Assembly (NCBI GenBank): GCA_964501085.1
Contig: CAZCRM010000001.1
Span: 1-29,232 of the forward strand
Direction of reading: 5' to 3'
DNA length: 29,232 bases
Source: an uncultured Methanosarcinales archaeon
GTDB lineage: Archaea; Halobacteriota; Methanosarcinia; Methanosarcinales; Methanoperedenaceae
Both the position numbers and the translations under genes were made by a program. The notes beneath the pieces were generated by a model that was not told where the DNA came from, did not search any database, and saw only the letters and a program-made list of their open reading frames with translations. How positions within the stretch are numbered: position 1 is the stretch's first letter; every line of letters starts with the position of its first letter. Positions 1 to 10,137 of the stretch are shown piece by piece.

Positions 1-69
1 CTAAAGATTTCTTTCATCGGTATGCTCTACTTAGCAGCTTCCATAATCCTATGGAGGGTTTTGGGATGA
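1..69 (+). CDS. Possible 3' end of a membrane-protein gene entering the window (partial)
   Basis: Frame 1 reads LKISFIGMLYLAASIILWRVLG then TGA at 67-69; hydrophobic and helix-like, but too short to identify. Confidence 0.35.
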   Translation, partial: LKISFIGMLYLAASIILWRVLG

Positions 70-282
70 ACTCAATATATATCCGCTGTGAGCAAAGTGA
101 ACAGCGGCGCCAAAAAAAATGATAAGGAATTAGGTTTATATTTCATGCGCCTCGCTTCGCTCGGATAGTTTTTTCAATGATCTCAAGTTATGCGGATAAC
201 TATAATCTCATAGTTCTTTCCACCTAAAAACTAGCAAGTAAACTCAGAAACTTTTAACTATACTTTGGTATTTCTATGCTTC

Positions 283-1641
283 ATGAGTGATGCGCTTCGA
301 ACAGACCTGTACCAACTTACTATGATGCAGGCTTACTGGAATTCAGGGCATAATCCTGAAGCCACCTTTGATTACTTTATCAGAAAAACGCCTTTTGGTT
401 CTTATATTCTGATAGCAGGATTGAATTATGTTCTGGATTACATTGAAAACTTACGTTTTGAGAGTGATGATATCGAATACCTGAGAACCCAGGGTTTTGA
501 TGAGGGATTTCTGAATTACCTTAAAGATTTCAGATTCACAGGGGATATCTTAGCTATGCCAGAAGGCAGCATAGCCTTCCCCCTTGAACCCATCATCAGG
601 GTGACCGCTCCCATAATTGAAGCCCAGCTTGTGGAAACCTTTCTGCTGAACAAGATGAACTTCTCAACACTGATAGCTACCAAGGCTTCAAGAGTTGTGC
701 ATGCTGCAAGGGGGAGAAGCATAGCAGAGTTTGGGTTACGTAGAGCACAGGGTGATGCTCATCTTGAAGCAACACGTGCAGCATATATAGGTGGGTGTGC
801 CTCAACCTCAAACGTGCTTGCGGGTAAAAAGTTAGGGATTCCCATCTCTGGTACCATGGCACATTCCTTTGTCACAAGCTATGAGCATGAAATCGATGCC
901 TTCTATGCCTATTCCAAAGCATTCCCCTCAAACTGCTTCCTGCTCATAGACACCTATGACAGCATAGAAGGGGCAAAAAAGGCTGTTATCATTGGTAAGG
1001 AGCTGGAGAAGAAAGGTAAGAAACTAAAGGGAGTGAGGCTTGATAGCGGAGACCTATGTAAGCTCTCAAAACAGGTAAGAAGAATCCTCGATGATGCAGG
1101 TCTTACCTATGTTAAAATAGTGGCAAGCGGAGACCTGAATGAATGGAAGATCGACGAGCTTATGAGAAATCATGCTGAGATAGACATGTTTGGTGTGGGT
1201 ACTGAACTCATCACAGGTAGACCAAAACCTGCCCTTGATGGAATCTACAAGCTTTCAGATGTGGTTCAAAATGAAAAGCATATACCCAAGATGAAACTTT
1301 CAGAAGATGCCGTAAAAACAACACTGCCTGGCAAGAAACTTGTGTGGAGAGTCTATGAAAAACAAAAATTCAAGAAGGATATTATCTCGCTCGAGGATGA
1401 GGTGATTGATAACGCTGAGGCTTTACTTAAGCTTGTGGTTAAAGATGGTAAGGTTGTTTACAGACAGTCACTTGATGAGATAAGACAAAGAGCAAAGGAT
1501 AATCTTTCCAAACTGCCTGAAGAATACAAAAGGCTTGAGAATGCACCAGAGTATCCTGTTGAGTTGAGCAAGGGATTAACAGCATTGAAGAAACAAATGG
1601 TGGAGAGAATAAAACGTGAAGAGATAGGATGGCAGAGATAA
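283..1641 (+). CDS. pncB: Nicotinate phosphoribosyltransferase
   Basis: Family motifs TDLYQLTM, EFGLRRAQG, GTMAHSF, LIDTYD, GVRLDSGD, FGVGT; ATG at 283 preferred over TTG at 265. Confidence 0.92.
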   Translation: MSDALRTDLYQLTMMQAYWNSGHNPEATFDYFIRKTPFGSYILIAGLNYVLDYIENLRFESDDIEYLRTQGFDEGFLNYLKDFRFTGDILAMPEGSIAFPLEPIIRVTAPIIEAQLVETFLLNKMNFSTLIATKASRVVHAARGRSIAEFGLRRAQGDAHLEATRAAYIGGCASTSNVLAGKKLGIPISGTMAHSFVTSYEHEIDAFYAYSKAFPSNCFLLIDTYDSIEGAKKAVIIGKELEKKGKKLKGVRLDSGDLCKLSKQVRRILDDAGLTYVKIVASGDLNEWKIDELMRNHAEIDMFGVGTELITGRPKPALDGIYKLSDVVQNEKHIPKMKLSEDAVKTTLPGKKLVWRVYEKQKFKKDIISLEDEVIDNAEALLKLVVKDGKVVYRQSLDEIRQRAKDNLSKLPEEYKRLENAPEYPVELSKGLTALKKQMVERIKREEIGWQR

Positions 1642-2303
1642 TTGAAGAAGAAGAACTAAGAAATAAAAAATACGTTTTCAAGGATAGATTTCATGCAGGT
1701 AAGCTTCTTGCTCTTAAGCTTAAGCAATACAAAGATTACTTTACAGATGCTATTGTTCTAGCCATACCTTACGGAGGAGTTCCTGTAGGTAAAAGCATTG
1801 CAAGAGAGTTAGGCTATCCCTTGGAGCTAATAATGGTCAGAAAGATTCCCATCCCCTATAACCCAGAAGCTGGGTTTGGTGCAGTCACATGGGATGGGGA
1901 GGTGGTGATTAACCAGAGTCTTCTGGATCAGCTAGGCTTGGGCAATCATGAGATCGAGCAAGCTATTCAAAGAGTAAAGCTTGAGCTTGAAAGAAGAATG
2001 CAAGCCTTTGGAAAAACTTTACCTGAGCTTAATGACAGAAGCGTGATAATCACAGATGATGGACTTGCCTCTGGTTATACCATGCTTGCATCTTTGCGAT
2101 CCATAAAGAAGCATTCGCCTAAGAGCATAGCTATTGCTGTGCCCACTGCTTCAACAAGTGCAATTAAGCTTGTTAGTACTCATGTGGATATGCTCTTCTG
2201 CCTGAATATAAGAGAAAGCATGGTGTTTGCGGTTGCTGATGCCTACCAAGAATGGCATGATCTCACAGATAAGGAGGTAAGGGAAATCATTCATGATAAG
2301 TAA
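1629..2303 (+). CDS. Type I phosphoribosyltransferase family protein (COG1926-like)
   Basis: FKDRFHAG, LAIPYGGVPVG and RKIPIP motifs plus the PRPP-binding loop VIITDDGLASGYT; overlaps the pncB stop. Confidence 0.85.
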   Translation: MAEIIEEEELRNKKYVFKDRFHAGKLLALKLKQYKDYFTDAIVLAIPYGGVPVGKSIARELGYPLELIMVRKIPIPYNPEAGFGAVTWDGEVVINQSLLDQLGLGNHEIEQAIQRVKLELERRMQAFGKTLPELNDRSVIITDDGLASGYTMLASLRSIKKHSPKSIAIAVPTASTSAIKLVSTHVDMLFCLNIRESMVFAVADAYQEWHDLTDKEVREIIHDK

Positions 2304-3210
2304 ATACAGGGGATGCATGCTTGGTGCTGCTATTGGAGACGCTCTTGGAAAGCAGAATGAAGGGTTGAAAAGACATGAGATAAAAAATTATGTAACTGAC
2401 TATGGCAAAGCTTATGAAGGAAGTCCTGCAGAGTATCTTAAAGCCTCTGAGTATACAGATGATACAGAACAGATGTTGATTCTTGCTGAGTCATTGGTTA
2501 GGTGTAATGGCTTTAACGTAGAGGATTTTTCACATAGCATTGCTCAATGGGGTGCAAATCTACCAGAGACTAAAAAACGCCTGTTAGGACCTTCAAGTTC
2601 CTCTGCAATAGCAAGATTGAATTCAGGAGTAGACTGGAAAAAAGCTGGAAGTCATATCCCTTCATGTGGCTCTGCCATGAGAGCACCACCAATAGGACTT
2701 TTTTATGAAAATCTTGATGAAATCGAATACTGTGCATCTCTTTCATCAATACCCACCCATAATAACAATGGCTCTATAGCAGGGGCAGTAGCGGTAGCTA
2801 TTGGAGTTAGATGTTCACTTCAAGGAATGAATTGTTATGAGATCATAAAGCAAAGCAGTATCAGAGCTTCAAACTATGATTATACTCTCGGAAAAAGAAT
2901 AGAACTTTCATTCAGGAAAAGAAAGGAAGCTCCTGATAAGGTGTTTTCTGAGATAGGTACTTCTTATGTTGTTTATGAAACCATACCTTCTGCATTCTAC
3001 TGCTTTTCAAGACATTTTGAGGATCCTGAGAAGGCTGTTATCGAGGCTGTGAATGCTGGAGGAGATACAGATACCATCGCCTGCATAACAGGTGCATTAT
3101 GTGGTGCTCTTCATGGTGTTGAAGCATTTCCTGAACGATGGATAAATGGGCTTGAAAACAGGAAGAGAGTGGAGCTTGCAGCTGATTTGATTTCTGAGCA
3201 TCGAAGATAA
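2293..3210 (+). CDS. ADP-ribosylglycohydrolase (DraG/ARH family)
   Basis: GAAIGDALG, YTDDTEQ, CGSAMR, THNN and GGDTDTIA metal-binding motifs typical of the ARH/DraG fold. Confidence 0.9.
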   Translation: MISKYRGCMLGAAIGDALGKQNEGLKRHEIKNYVTDYGKAYEGSPAEYLKASEYTDDTEQMLILAESLVRCNGFNVEDFSHSIAQWGANLPETKKRLLGPSSSSAIARLNSGVDWKKAGSHIPSCGSAMRAPPIGLFYENLDEIEYCASLSSIPTHNNNGSIAGAVAVAIGVRCSLQGMNCYEIIKQSSIRASNYDYTLGKRIELSFRKRKEAPDKVFSEIGTSYVVYETIPSAFYCFSRHFEDPEKAVIEAVNAGGDTDTIACITGALCGALHGVEAFPERWINGLENRKRVELAADLISEHRR

Positions 3211-3243
3211 GATTACAAATATAATTTTTTTAGACTGGAAATC

Positions 3244-3293
3244 TTTAAATATTATTAATACACCAATAGGTTACCGCTTACCTAAGGAGGTGA
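3244..3293 (+). promoter_or_regulatory. Putative nif promoter: TATA box, inverted repeat and ribosome-binding site
   Basis: TTTAAATA at 3244-3251; TAGGT-N8-ACCTA at 3267-3284; AGGAGGTGA at 3285-3293 before the nifH ATG. Confidence 0.55.
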
Positions 3294-4432
<1,139 letters not shown>

Positions 4433-4433
4433 A

Positions 4434-4793
4434 ATGAAGGAAATAATAGCAATAATCAGGATGAATGCAATTCAAAAAACTAAGCGCGCACTTGCTGATG
4501 CAGGCTTTCCTTCTTTGACGGTAAAGCGAGTATTTGGAAGAGGTAAGCAAAAAGGATTGCATCTCTTTCCTCCTACCAGCGTTAATCCAGAGGATAGAAA
4601 GGGTAATGGAATGAAGTATATACCAAAGAGGATGCTCACAATGGTTGTGCCTGACGAGAAGGTGGAGGAAATTATCAGGATAATCATGAAAACCAACAGA
4701 ACAGGAATGATAGGCGATGGGAAGATTTTTGTATGCCCTATCAAAGATGCCATCAGAATTAGAACAGGAGAACGAGGCGAGGAGGCGATTTGA
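4434..4793 (+). CDS. nifI2: P-II family nitrogen fixation regulator NifI2
   Basis: MKEIIAIIRMN start (ATG at 4434, not the ORF-track 4383), GRGKQKG, longer T-loop, GDGKIFV. Confidence 0.92.
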   Translation: MKEIIAIIRMNAIQKTKRALADAGFPSLTVKRVFGRGKQKGLHLFPPTSVNPEDRKGNGMKYIPKRMLTMVVPDEKVEEIIRIIMKTNRTGMIGDGKIFVCPIKDAIRIRTGERGEEAI

Positions 4794-6182
4794 ATGCCAT
4801 TTACCCTTTTAAAGTGTGATATACCTATACCAGAACGAAAGGAGCATACTTATATCAAACATTCAAGAGAAAACATTATACCAAAGTGCAATATTCAGAC
4901 CACACCAGGTGACTTCACAGAGCGAGGTTGCACGTATGCGGGTTGCATGGGTGTGGTAGGTGGTCCTGTCAAAGATGTGATTCATTTAGTGCATGGCCCA
5001 ATAGGATGCGCTTACTGGACATGGGGTGGAGGTACGAGGCAGAACTGGTCTGATAACCCAAGCTTTCATCGCAAATATTGCTTCTCCACTGATATGCAGG
5101 AGGATAACGTCATTTTCGGTGGTGAAGATAAGCTCTATAAAGCCATAATAGAGGCACACGAAGCATTCCCAGAGGCAAGAGGCGTATTCGTCTATGCAAC
5201 ATGTTCAATCGGGCTTATCGGTGATGATATAAAGGCGGTGTGCAAGCGTGCAGAGAAGGAGATAGGAATCAAGGTTGTTCCATTCAACTGCGAGGGATTT
5301 AGAGGGTGCAGTCAATCATTAGGGCATCATATCGCAAATGATACGCTTTTCGAATATGTTGTGGGCACAAAGGAGCCAGAATATACCACAGACTATGACA
5401 TGAACATCATTGGCGATTATAATATACAGGGCGATCTCTGGCTAATAAAATCACTATTTGAGCGCATGGGCATAAGAATACTTTGTACATTCACCGGAAA
5501 TGCTTCAATCGATGAAATCGCACAGGCACATCGTGCAAAACTTAACTTGATGCACTGCCAGCGTTCTACACCATATATCTGCAAACTCATGGAAAAAAAA
5601 TATGGGATTCCTTTCGTGAGAGCGTCAATGTTTGGAATAGAGCAAACCTCGAAGGCATTGAGAGATGTTGCAGCATTCTTCGGATTGGAGGAGAAAGCTG
5701 AGAAGATTATTAAAGAAGAGGTTTCAAAGGTTGTGCCTAAGATGGAAGAATATAAGAAAAAATTCAAAGGAAAGCGAGTTTTCATCTATCAGGGTGCGCC
5801 GCGCACATGGCACTGGGTAAGACTGTTTCGTGAATTAGGAATGGAAACGATAGCAGCGGCTACAACCTTCGGGCATGAGGAAGACTATGTACGTATTTGT
5901 GAACGTGTGAAGGATGGTACATTGGTCATAGACAATCCAAATGCGCTTGAACTTGAGGAGGTTTTGCTGGAATTAAAACCAGATCTGTTCATTTCCGGGC
6001 TTAAGGAAAAATATCTCTCTTACAAGCTTGGAATACCGTTCATAAACGGGCATTCTTACGAGAAGGGACCCTATGCAGTCTATTCAGGATTCCTGAACTT
6101 CGCAAGAGACATAGAGAAAGCGATGTTCGCTCCAGTATGGAAGATGATAAGGAGGGTAAGCAATGCGGAGCGTAACAATTAA
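4794..6182 (+). CDS. nifD: Nitrogenase catalytic component alpha subunit
   Basis: P-cluster Cys in RGCTYAG, HGPIGC and ATCSIGLIGDD; SQSLGHHIAN (Gln191/His195 equivalents); cofactor ligands HCQRS and NGHSY. Confidence 0.93.
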   Translation: MPFTLLKCDIPIPERKEHTYIKHSRENIIPKCNIQTTPGDFTERGCTYAGCMGVVGGPVKDVIHLVHGPIGCAYWTWGGGTRQNWSDNPSFHRKYCFSTDMQEDNVIFGGEDKLYKAIIEAHEAFPEARGVFVYATCSIGLIGDDIKAVCKRAEKEIGIKVVPFNCEGFRGCSQSLGHHIANDTLFEYVVGTKEPEYTTDYDMNIIGDYNIQGDLWLIKSLFERMGIRILCTFTGNASIDEIAQAHRAKLNLMHCQRSTPYICKLMEKKYGIPFVRASMFGIEQTSKALRDVAAFFGLEEKAEKIIKEEVSKVVPKMEEYKKKFKGKRVFIYQGAPRTWHWVRLFRELGMETIAAATTFGHEEDYVRICERVKDGTLVIDNPNALELEEVLLELKPDLFISGLKEKYLSYKLGIPFINGHSYEKGPYAVYSGFLNFARDIEKAMFAPVWKMIRRVSNAERNN

Positions 6183-7434
6183 TCCAGCAAAGATGTGCCA
6201 ACCTATAGGAGCGATATATGCTCTTTTAGGAATACATGCTTCGGTACCATTAGTTCATGGTTCTCAAGGTTGTGCTGCATATCCGATGCGAATGTTGAAT
6301 CGGCATTTCAAGGAGATGGTGCAGGTTGCGGTGAGTTCTCTTGGTGAGGATGCTGCGGTATTTGGGGGGAAGACGAATCTAATCACTTCGATAAGGAATA
6401 TAATTGCAAGAAGAAAGCCCGAGCTCATAGGTGTGATTACAACATGTCTCTCAGAGACCATAGGGGATGATATTGAAGGTATTATCAAAGAAGGTAATTT
6501 TGTGGAATCAAAGGTTATTGCTATCCACACGCCAAGCTATGTTGGTTCACATGTTACTGGGTATGACAACGCATTGAAGGCGCTCATAGGTCTTTCAGAG
6601 AAATCAGATGCTTCAAATGGTAAGCTGAATATCATTCCAGGCATGATTAACCCAGGGGATATCTATGAGGTGAAGCATATGCTTGATTTGATGGACATCT
6701 CCTATACCATTATAAGTGATGTTTCAGAGACGCTTGAGGTGCCTCTTATCCTGCCAAAACTACCTTTTCCTGAAGGTGGAACCTCTGTGAAGGAAATTAT
6801 GGAATGTGGTAATGCATGCGGTGTGATTGCACTGTGCGAGCATGCGGGTGGTTCTGCAGCCACGCTACTTGAGAAAAAATATGAGCTTGAGTATGATACC
6901 ATCTGCCCGATTGGGGTATCGAATACTGACCGATTCTTAGAGAGCATCACTGATATAATGGATGCAAAGATACCATATTCGCTTGAAAAGGAGCGTGGAA
7001 GGCTCATAGATGCGATGGTAGATGTGCATCAAACCACATACGGAAAACGTGCTGCGATATTCGCAGACCCAGATGTGGCAATTGCACTTGCAGAGTTCAT
7101 ATCTGAGTTAGGAATGGAAGTTGCCGTTATCTCAAGTAGCACAGCGAGCAGAAAGTTCGCACAGAAAGCAAAATCATTCACCAATAAGATTCTGAATGGA
7201 AGCGACTTATATGAATTGCATAATGCAGTGAGAAGTAATGAAGTGGATGTTCTGCTTGGGAATACTAAATGCAAGTCGATTGCGAAAGATGAAGGAATTG
7301 CGTTTGTGAGGTGCGGATTCCCCGTCTATGACAGGGTTGGATATCATAGGTATGGTATCATGGGATATCGTGGCGGGATATATCTCACGGACATGATAAC
7401 AAATGCAATACTGGAAATGGAAGACAAGAGGTAA
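6163..7434 (+). CDS. nifK: Nitrogenase catalytic component beta subunit
   Basis: NPAKMCQPIGA, HGSQGC, TTCLSETIGDD and TPSY (P-cluster Cys x3 plus Ser); overlaps nifD by 20 nt; 423 aa. Confidence 0.88.
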   Translation: MRSVTINPAKMCQPIGAIYALLGIHASVPLVHGSQGCAAYPMRMLNRHFKEMVQVAVSSLGEDAAVFGGKTNLITSIRNIIARRKPELIGVITTCLSETIGDDIEGIIKEGNFVESKVIAIHTPSYVGSHVTGYDNALKALIGLSEKSDASNGKLNIIPGMINPGDIYEVKHMLDLMDISYTIISDVSETLEVPLILPKLPFPEGGTSVKEIMECGNACGVIALCEHAGGSAATLLEKKYELEYDTICPIGVSNTDRFLESITDIMDAKIPYSLEKERGRLIDAMVDVHQTTYGKRAAIFADPDVAIALAEFISELGMEVAVISSSTASRKFAQKAKSFTNKILNGSDLYELHNAVRSNEVDVLLGNTKCKSIAKDEGIAFVRCGFPVYDRVGYHRYGIMGYRGGIYLTDMITNAILEMEDKR

Positions 7435-7436
7435 AT

Positions 7437-7799
7437 TCATTTATAATCTGAAATCTCCACAATGTCTTTTAGCTTCATCATGGGGTAGTTTTTCTTATCA
7501 TCATATGAAAGTTCACCCTCTACTAAGATGTTCTTATAAAGAAGCTTTAGTGTTACATGAAGCATTCTTCCTTCCAGTTCACAGTAGCCAAAGATATTCT
7601 TCGTATCCTCTACCATCTTTCTGTCAATAGTTACACTAATACTCTTAACATAAGGTTGAAGACCTATACTTTTCTCTATGGCTTTCTCCAGTTCTTCTAT
7701 GGTATCCACGCTTACTGGCGTTCCTACAAACTGGTGATACAGTGCACCAAGCTTGATTCCTGCCTCAAATACAGCGATATCCCTTTCATTGATTCTCAT
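7437..7799 (-). CDS. mptD: Archaeal dihydroneopterin aldolase (DUF381/MptD family)
   Basis: FEAGIKLGALYHQFVGTPV signature and C-terminal YPMM motif. Confidence 0.85.
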   Translation of the reverse strand: MRINERDIAVFEAGIKLGALYHQFVGTPVSVDTIEELEKAIEKSIGLQPYVKSISVTIDRKMVEDTKNIFGYCELEGRMLHVTLKLLYKNILVEGELSYDDKKNYPMMKLKDIVEISDYK

Positions 7800-8463
7800 A
7801 CAACTTTCTTACCACAGGATATAAGATATAGAATGCTATTAAAACGAGCAGGGTTGAAGATATCATCTTGACAACATTTACGTATATAAAGAATGCTACA
7901 ATATCAAGCACAAGAAGAAACACCAGAGGTGTGAGAAACACAGGGTTGCTTGGTTTGGGATAATGTACTGTGCTCACCATAAGCAAAGATAAAAGAACAA
8001 GAATTAAACTAAACACCTGCTCAGAATATGGGAAATCCTTTATAAGAAGAAATAACGCAACGATAAACCCACTGGCTGTTATGGGTACACCAGTAAACCC
8101 CTGATTATTCGTAGTTATGTTGAAACGTGCAAGTCTGAGTACACCACATATCAGAAAAAAACCTGATAAAAGTATTGCCAAGTATCCAAGGTCTCTAAGA
8201 AAAATAAACGCTGCTGATGCAGGTGCTACACCAAATGATATGGTATCGGCAAGTGAGTCAAGGTTTGCACCCAGTGCACCATATCCTCTATACCTTGCTA
8301 TTGCACCATCAGCACCATCTGCCATCACCGCTCCAAGAATCAGGATAAGAGCTTCATCATATCTACCTTGAGCAAGCATGAGTATCGATACAAACCCCAG
8401 AAGAGCATTAATCAGGGTAATGATATCTGCAGGCTTTATCAGCTTGATGATATTCTCTTCCAT
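7786..8463 (-). CDS. pssA: CDP-archaeol/diacylglycerol--serine O-phosphatidyltransferase (archaetidylserine synthase)
   Basis: CDP-alcohol phosphotransferase motif DGADGAIAR...GANLDSLADTISFG, LRLARFN, multiple TM helices. Confidence 0.92.
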   Translation of the reverse strand: MEENIIKLIKPADIITLINALLGFVSILMLAQGRYDEALILILGAVMADGADGAIARYRGYGALGANLDSLADTISFGVAPASAAFIFLRDLGYLAILLSGFFLICGVLRLARFNITTNNQGFTGVPITASGFIVALFLLIKDFPYSEQVFSLILVLLSLLMVSTVHYPKPSNPVFLTPLVFLLVLDIVAFFIYVNVVKMISSTLLVLIAFYILYPVVRKLYENQ

Positions 8464-9077
8464 TCTTCCACTTTCTTACTTCTGATAGCGATGATTGTCT
8501 CTCCTGCTTTTACCTTATCCCCTTTCTTTATTATTATTCTGTAATCTTCTGGAACAACCACATCCACTCTTGAACCAAAGCGTATCATTCCTATTCGTTC
8601 TCCCCTTCTGACATATGTCCCTTCGCTGATATATGAAACAATCCGCCTTGTCAAAGCCCCTGCGATCTGAGTTAGTTCAAGAATTCCATAATCAGATTGC
8701 ATTACGATATGATTTCGTTCATTCACATTAGAATTCTTATTAAAGGCAGGAATGTAACCTCCTGACCTGTAATCAATACGTTTGACTTTTCCAGCCAAAG
8801 GAGCACGATTAACATGAACGTTATGAAGATTCATGAAGATACTGAGGCTTTTCTCACCTATAGCAATAACCTTGCCATCAGCAGGTGAGACCATATCATC
8901 CTCCTCACCTGAGGGAGTGCGTTCAGGATCGCGAAAGAAGATTAAAAAGAAAATCGTTGTAATTATGCTTGGAATAAACAAAAAAAGTAATACAGAATTC
9001 AGTTTTGAAAGATAACCTGTGATAACAGTCAGGAGCAACCCACTTCCTACCCATGAGAAAGAACCTTTAGCCAGCAT
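8439..9077 (-). CDS. psd: Phosphatidylserine/archaetidylserine decarboxylase proenzyme
   Basis: FFRDPER, SPADG, SIFMNLHNVHVNRAP and the RFGSRVD self-cleavage motif. Confidence 0.92.
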   Translation of the reverse strand: MLAKGSFSWVGSGLLLTVITGYLSKLNSVLLFLFIPSIITTIFFLIFFRDPERTPSGEEDDMVSPADGKVIAIGEKSLSIFMNLHNVHVNRAPLAGKVKRIDYRSGGYIPAFNKNSNVNERNHIVMQSDYGILELTQIAGALTRRIVSYISEGTYVRRGERIGMIRFGSRVDVVVPEDYRIIIKKGDKVKAGETIIAIRSKKVEEWKRISSS

Positions 9078-9867
9078 TAAATATACCCCTAATCACCTTC
9101 AGAATACCATCAATCATGTCTATGATTTCAGGAAGTATCTTCAGAACTACATGAGAGATTATGAACAGTGCTATAAGCGAGCCTGTTTTTGCGATGATGG
9201 TATGTGCTATATAAAAACTTGTTTCTGGGTTTCCAAACCATAACATACCATAAGCATTAACCACAAAAATATTTCTTATGAGATTTAGCACATATATAAC
9301 AGGTACAGATACGAGAAAAGCGGATGCGAGGCGTTTAAAGGGTGCTCTTACGCTCGCGATGATTCCTGTGAAGAGTGCAATGCTCTCAATAGCTGTGCAT
9401 GCGAGGATGATCTCAACCCTGTAGCCATTGACTGCAACTATATTCCAGTCCATTCGTGTGATTGTTATTCCAAGAAGCGAGGCAAGCCAGATGGTTTGAT
9501 TTACAACTGTTGAGATAAGCCACTTATGCATTTCCTGAATTTCAGAGAACAAGAAATATGTAAGTCCGCCCACAGCAGCTGCGGTGGTTGCCATACAAAG
9601 AGAGGCTATGATATTTTGATTAAGTACATTTTTATCCTGAAATACCAGAACATATCCTACTATAAAACCTACAAAGGAAGCAATTAACGTAAGCGCCACA
9701 TTAACATAATCACCGATATTGTAATAATATGGTGTAAGGCTTGCCAAATGTACTGAAAAGAGGCCCCAGCCTGCACCTGCAGTTGTGAGTTTCCATTTAT
9801 ATCGCTTAGGTATAAGCGAGGCTATCATCAGCAAACCTAACGCCAACCAGAGCACTATTGCAGTCAT
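9067..9867 (-). CDS. artA: Archaeosortase A
   Basis: Polytopic membrane protein with EIILACTAIESIALF (catalytic Cys), NLIRN (Arg) and SFYIAH; next to psd/pssA; PGF-CTERM proteins nearby. Confidence 0.88.
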   Translation of the reverse strand: MTAIVLWLALGLLMIASLIPKRYKWKLTTAGAGWGLFSVHLASLTPYYYNIGDYVNVALTLIASFVGFIVGYVLVFQDKNVLNQNIIASLCMATTAAAVGGLTYFLFSEIQEMHKWLISTVVNQTIWLASLLGITITRMDWNIVAVNGYRVEIILACTAIESIALFTGIIASVRAPFKRLASAFLVSVPVIYVLNLIRNIFVVNAYGMLWFGNPETSFYIAHTIIAKTGSLIALFIISHVVLKILPEIIDMIDGILKVIRGIFNAG

Positions 9868-9883
9868 GATTCTACCATGTGTT

Positions 9884-9918
9884 TTTTGTCAGAATATTTT
9901 GTCAGAATATTCTGCAAA
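9884..9918. repeat. 13-nt tandem repeat overlapping a 12-bp palindrome upstream of artA
   Basis: TTTTGTCAGAATA at 9884-9896 and 9897-9909; CAGAATATTCTG palindrome at 9903-9914. Confidence 0.7.
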
Positions 9919-10034
9919 CTTATTAAATCTCTCGGTTTACAGAAAGGAGAGTTAAGCTAAAGTCATTTAGCCAAGCTTTTTGATGTTTGAGAAGGTTTAA
10001 TATACTTAAGAGTTATATAAGCTAAAGGTGATTC

Positions 10035-10136
10035 ATGATGAATGAAAAAGATTCAAAGATAAAAGACGCTTTTACTGTTCTTGTGATAATCATCGTGCTT
10101 CTGATTGTATATGGCGTTTTGAAACTCTTGCTTTAG
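10035..10136 (+). CDS. Putative small single-pass membrane protein (33 aa; not in ORF track)
   Basis: MMNEKDSKIKDAFTVLVIIIVLLIVYGVLKLLL*; GGTGA ribosome-binding site just upstream; TATA-like TTATATAA upstream of that. Confidence 0.6.
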   Translation: MMNEKDSKIKDAFTVLVIIIVLLIVYGVLKLLL

Positions 10137-10137
10137 G

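Noticed and set aside
6163-7434. Calling the K-like gene nifN, or D/K as nifE/N
   Set aside because: It keeps all three P-cluster Cys and the TPSY Ser, and the alpha subunit keeps the His ligand that NifE lacks
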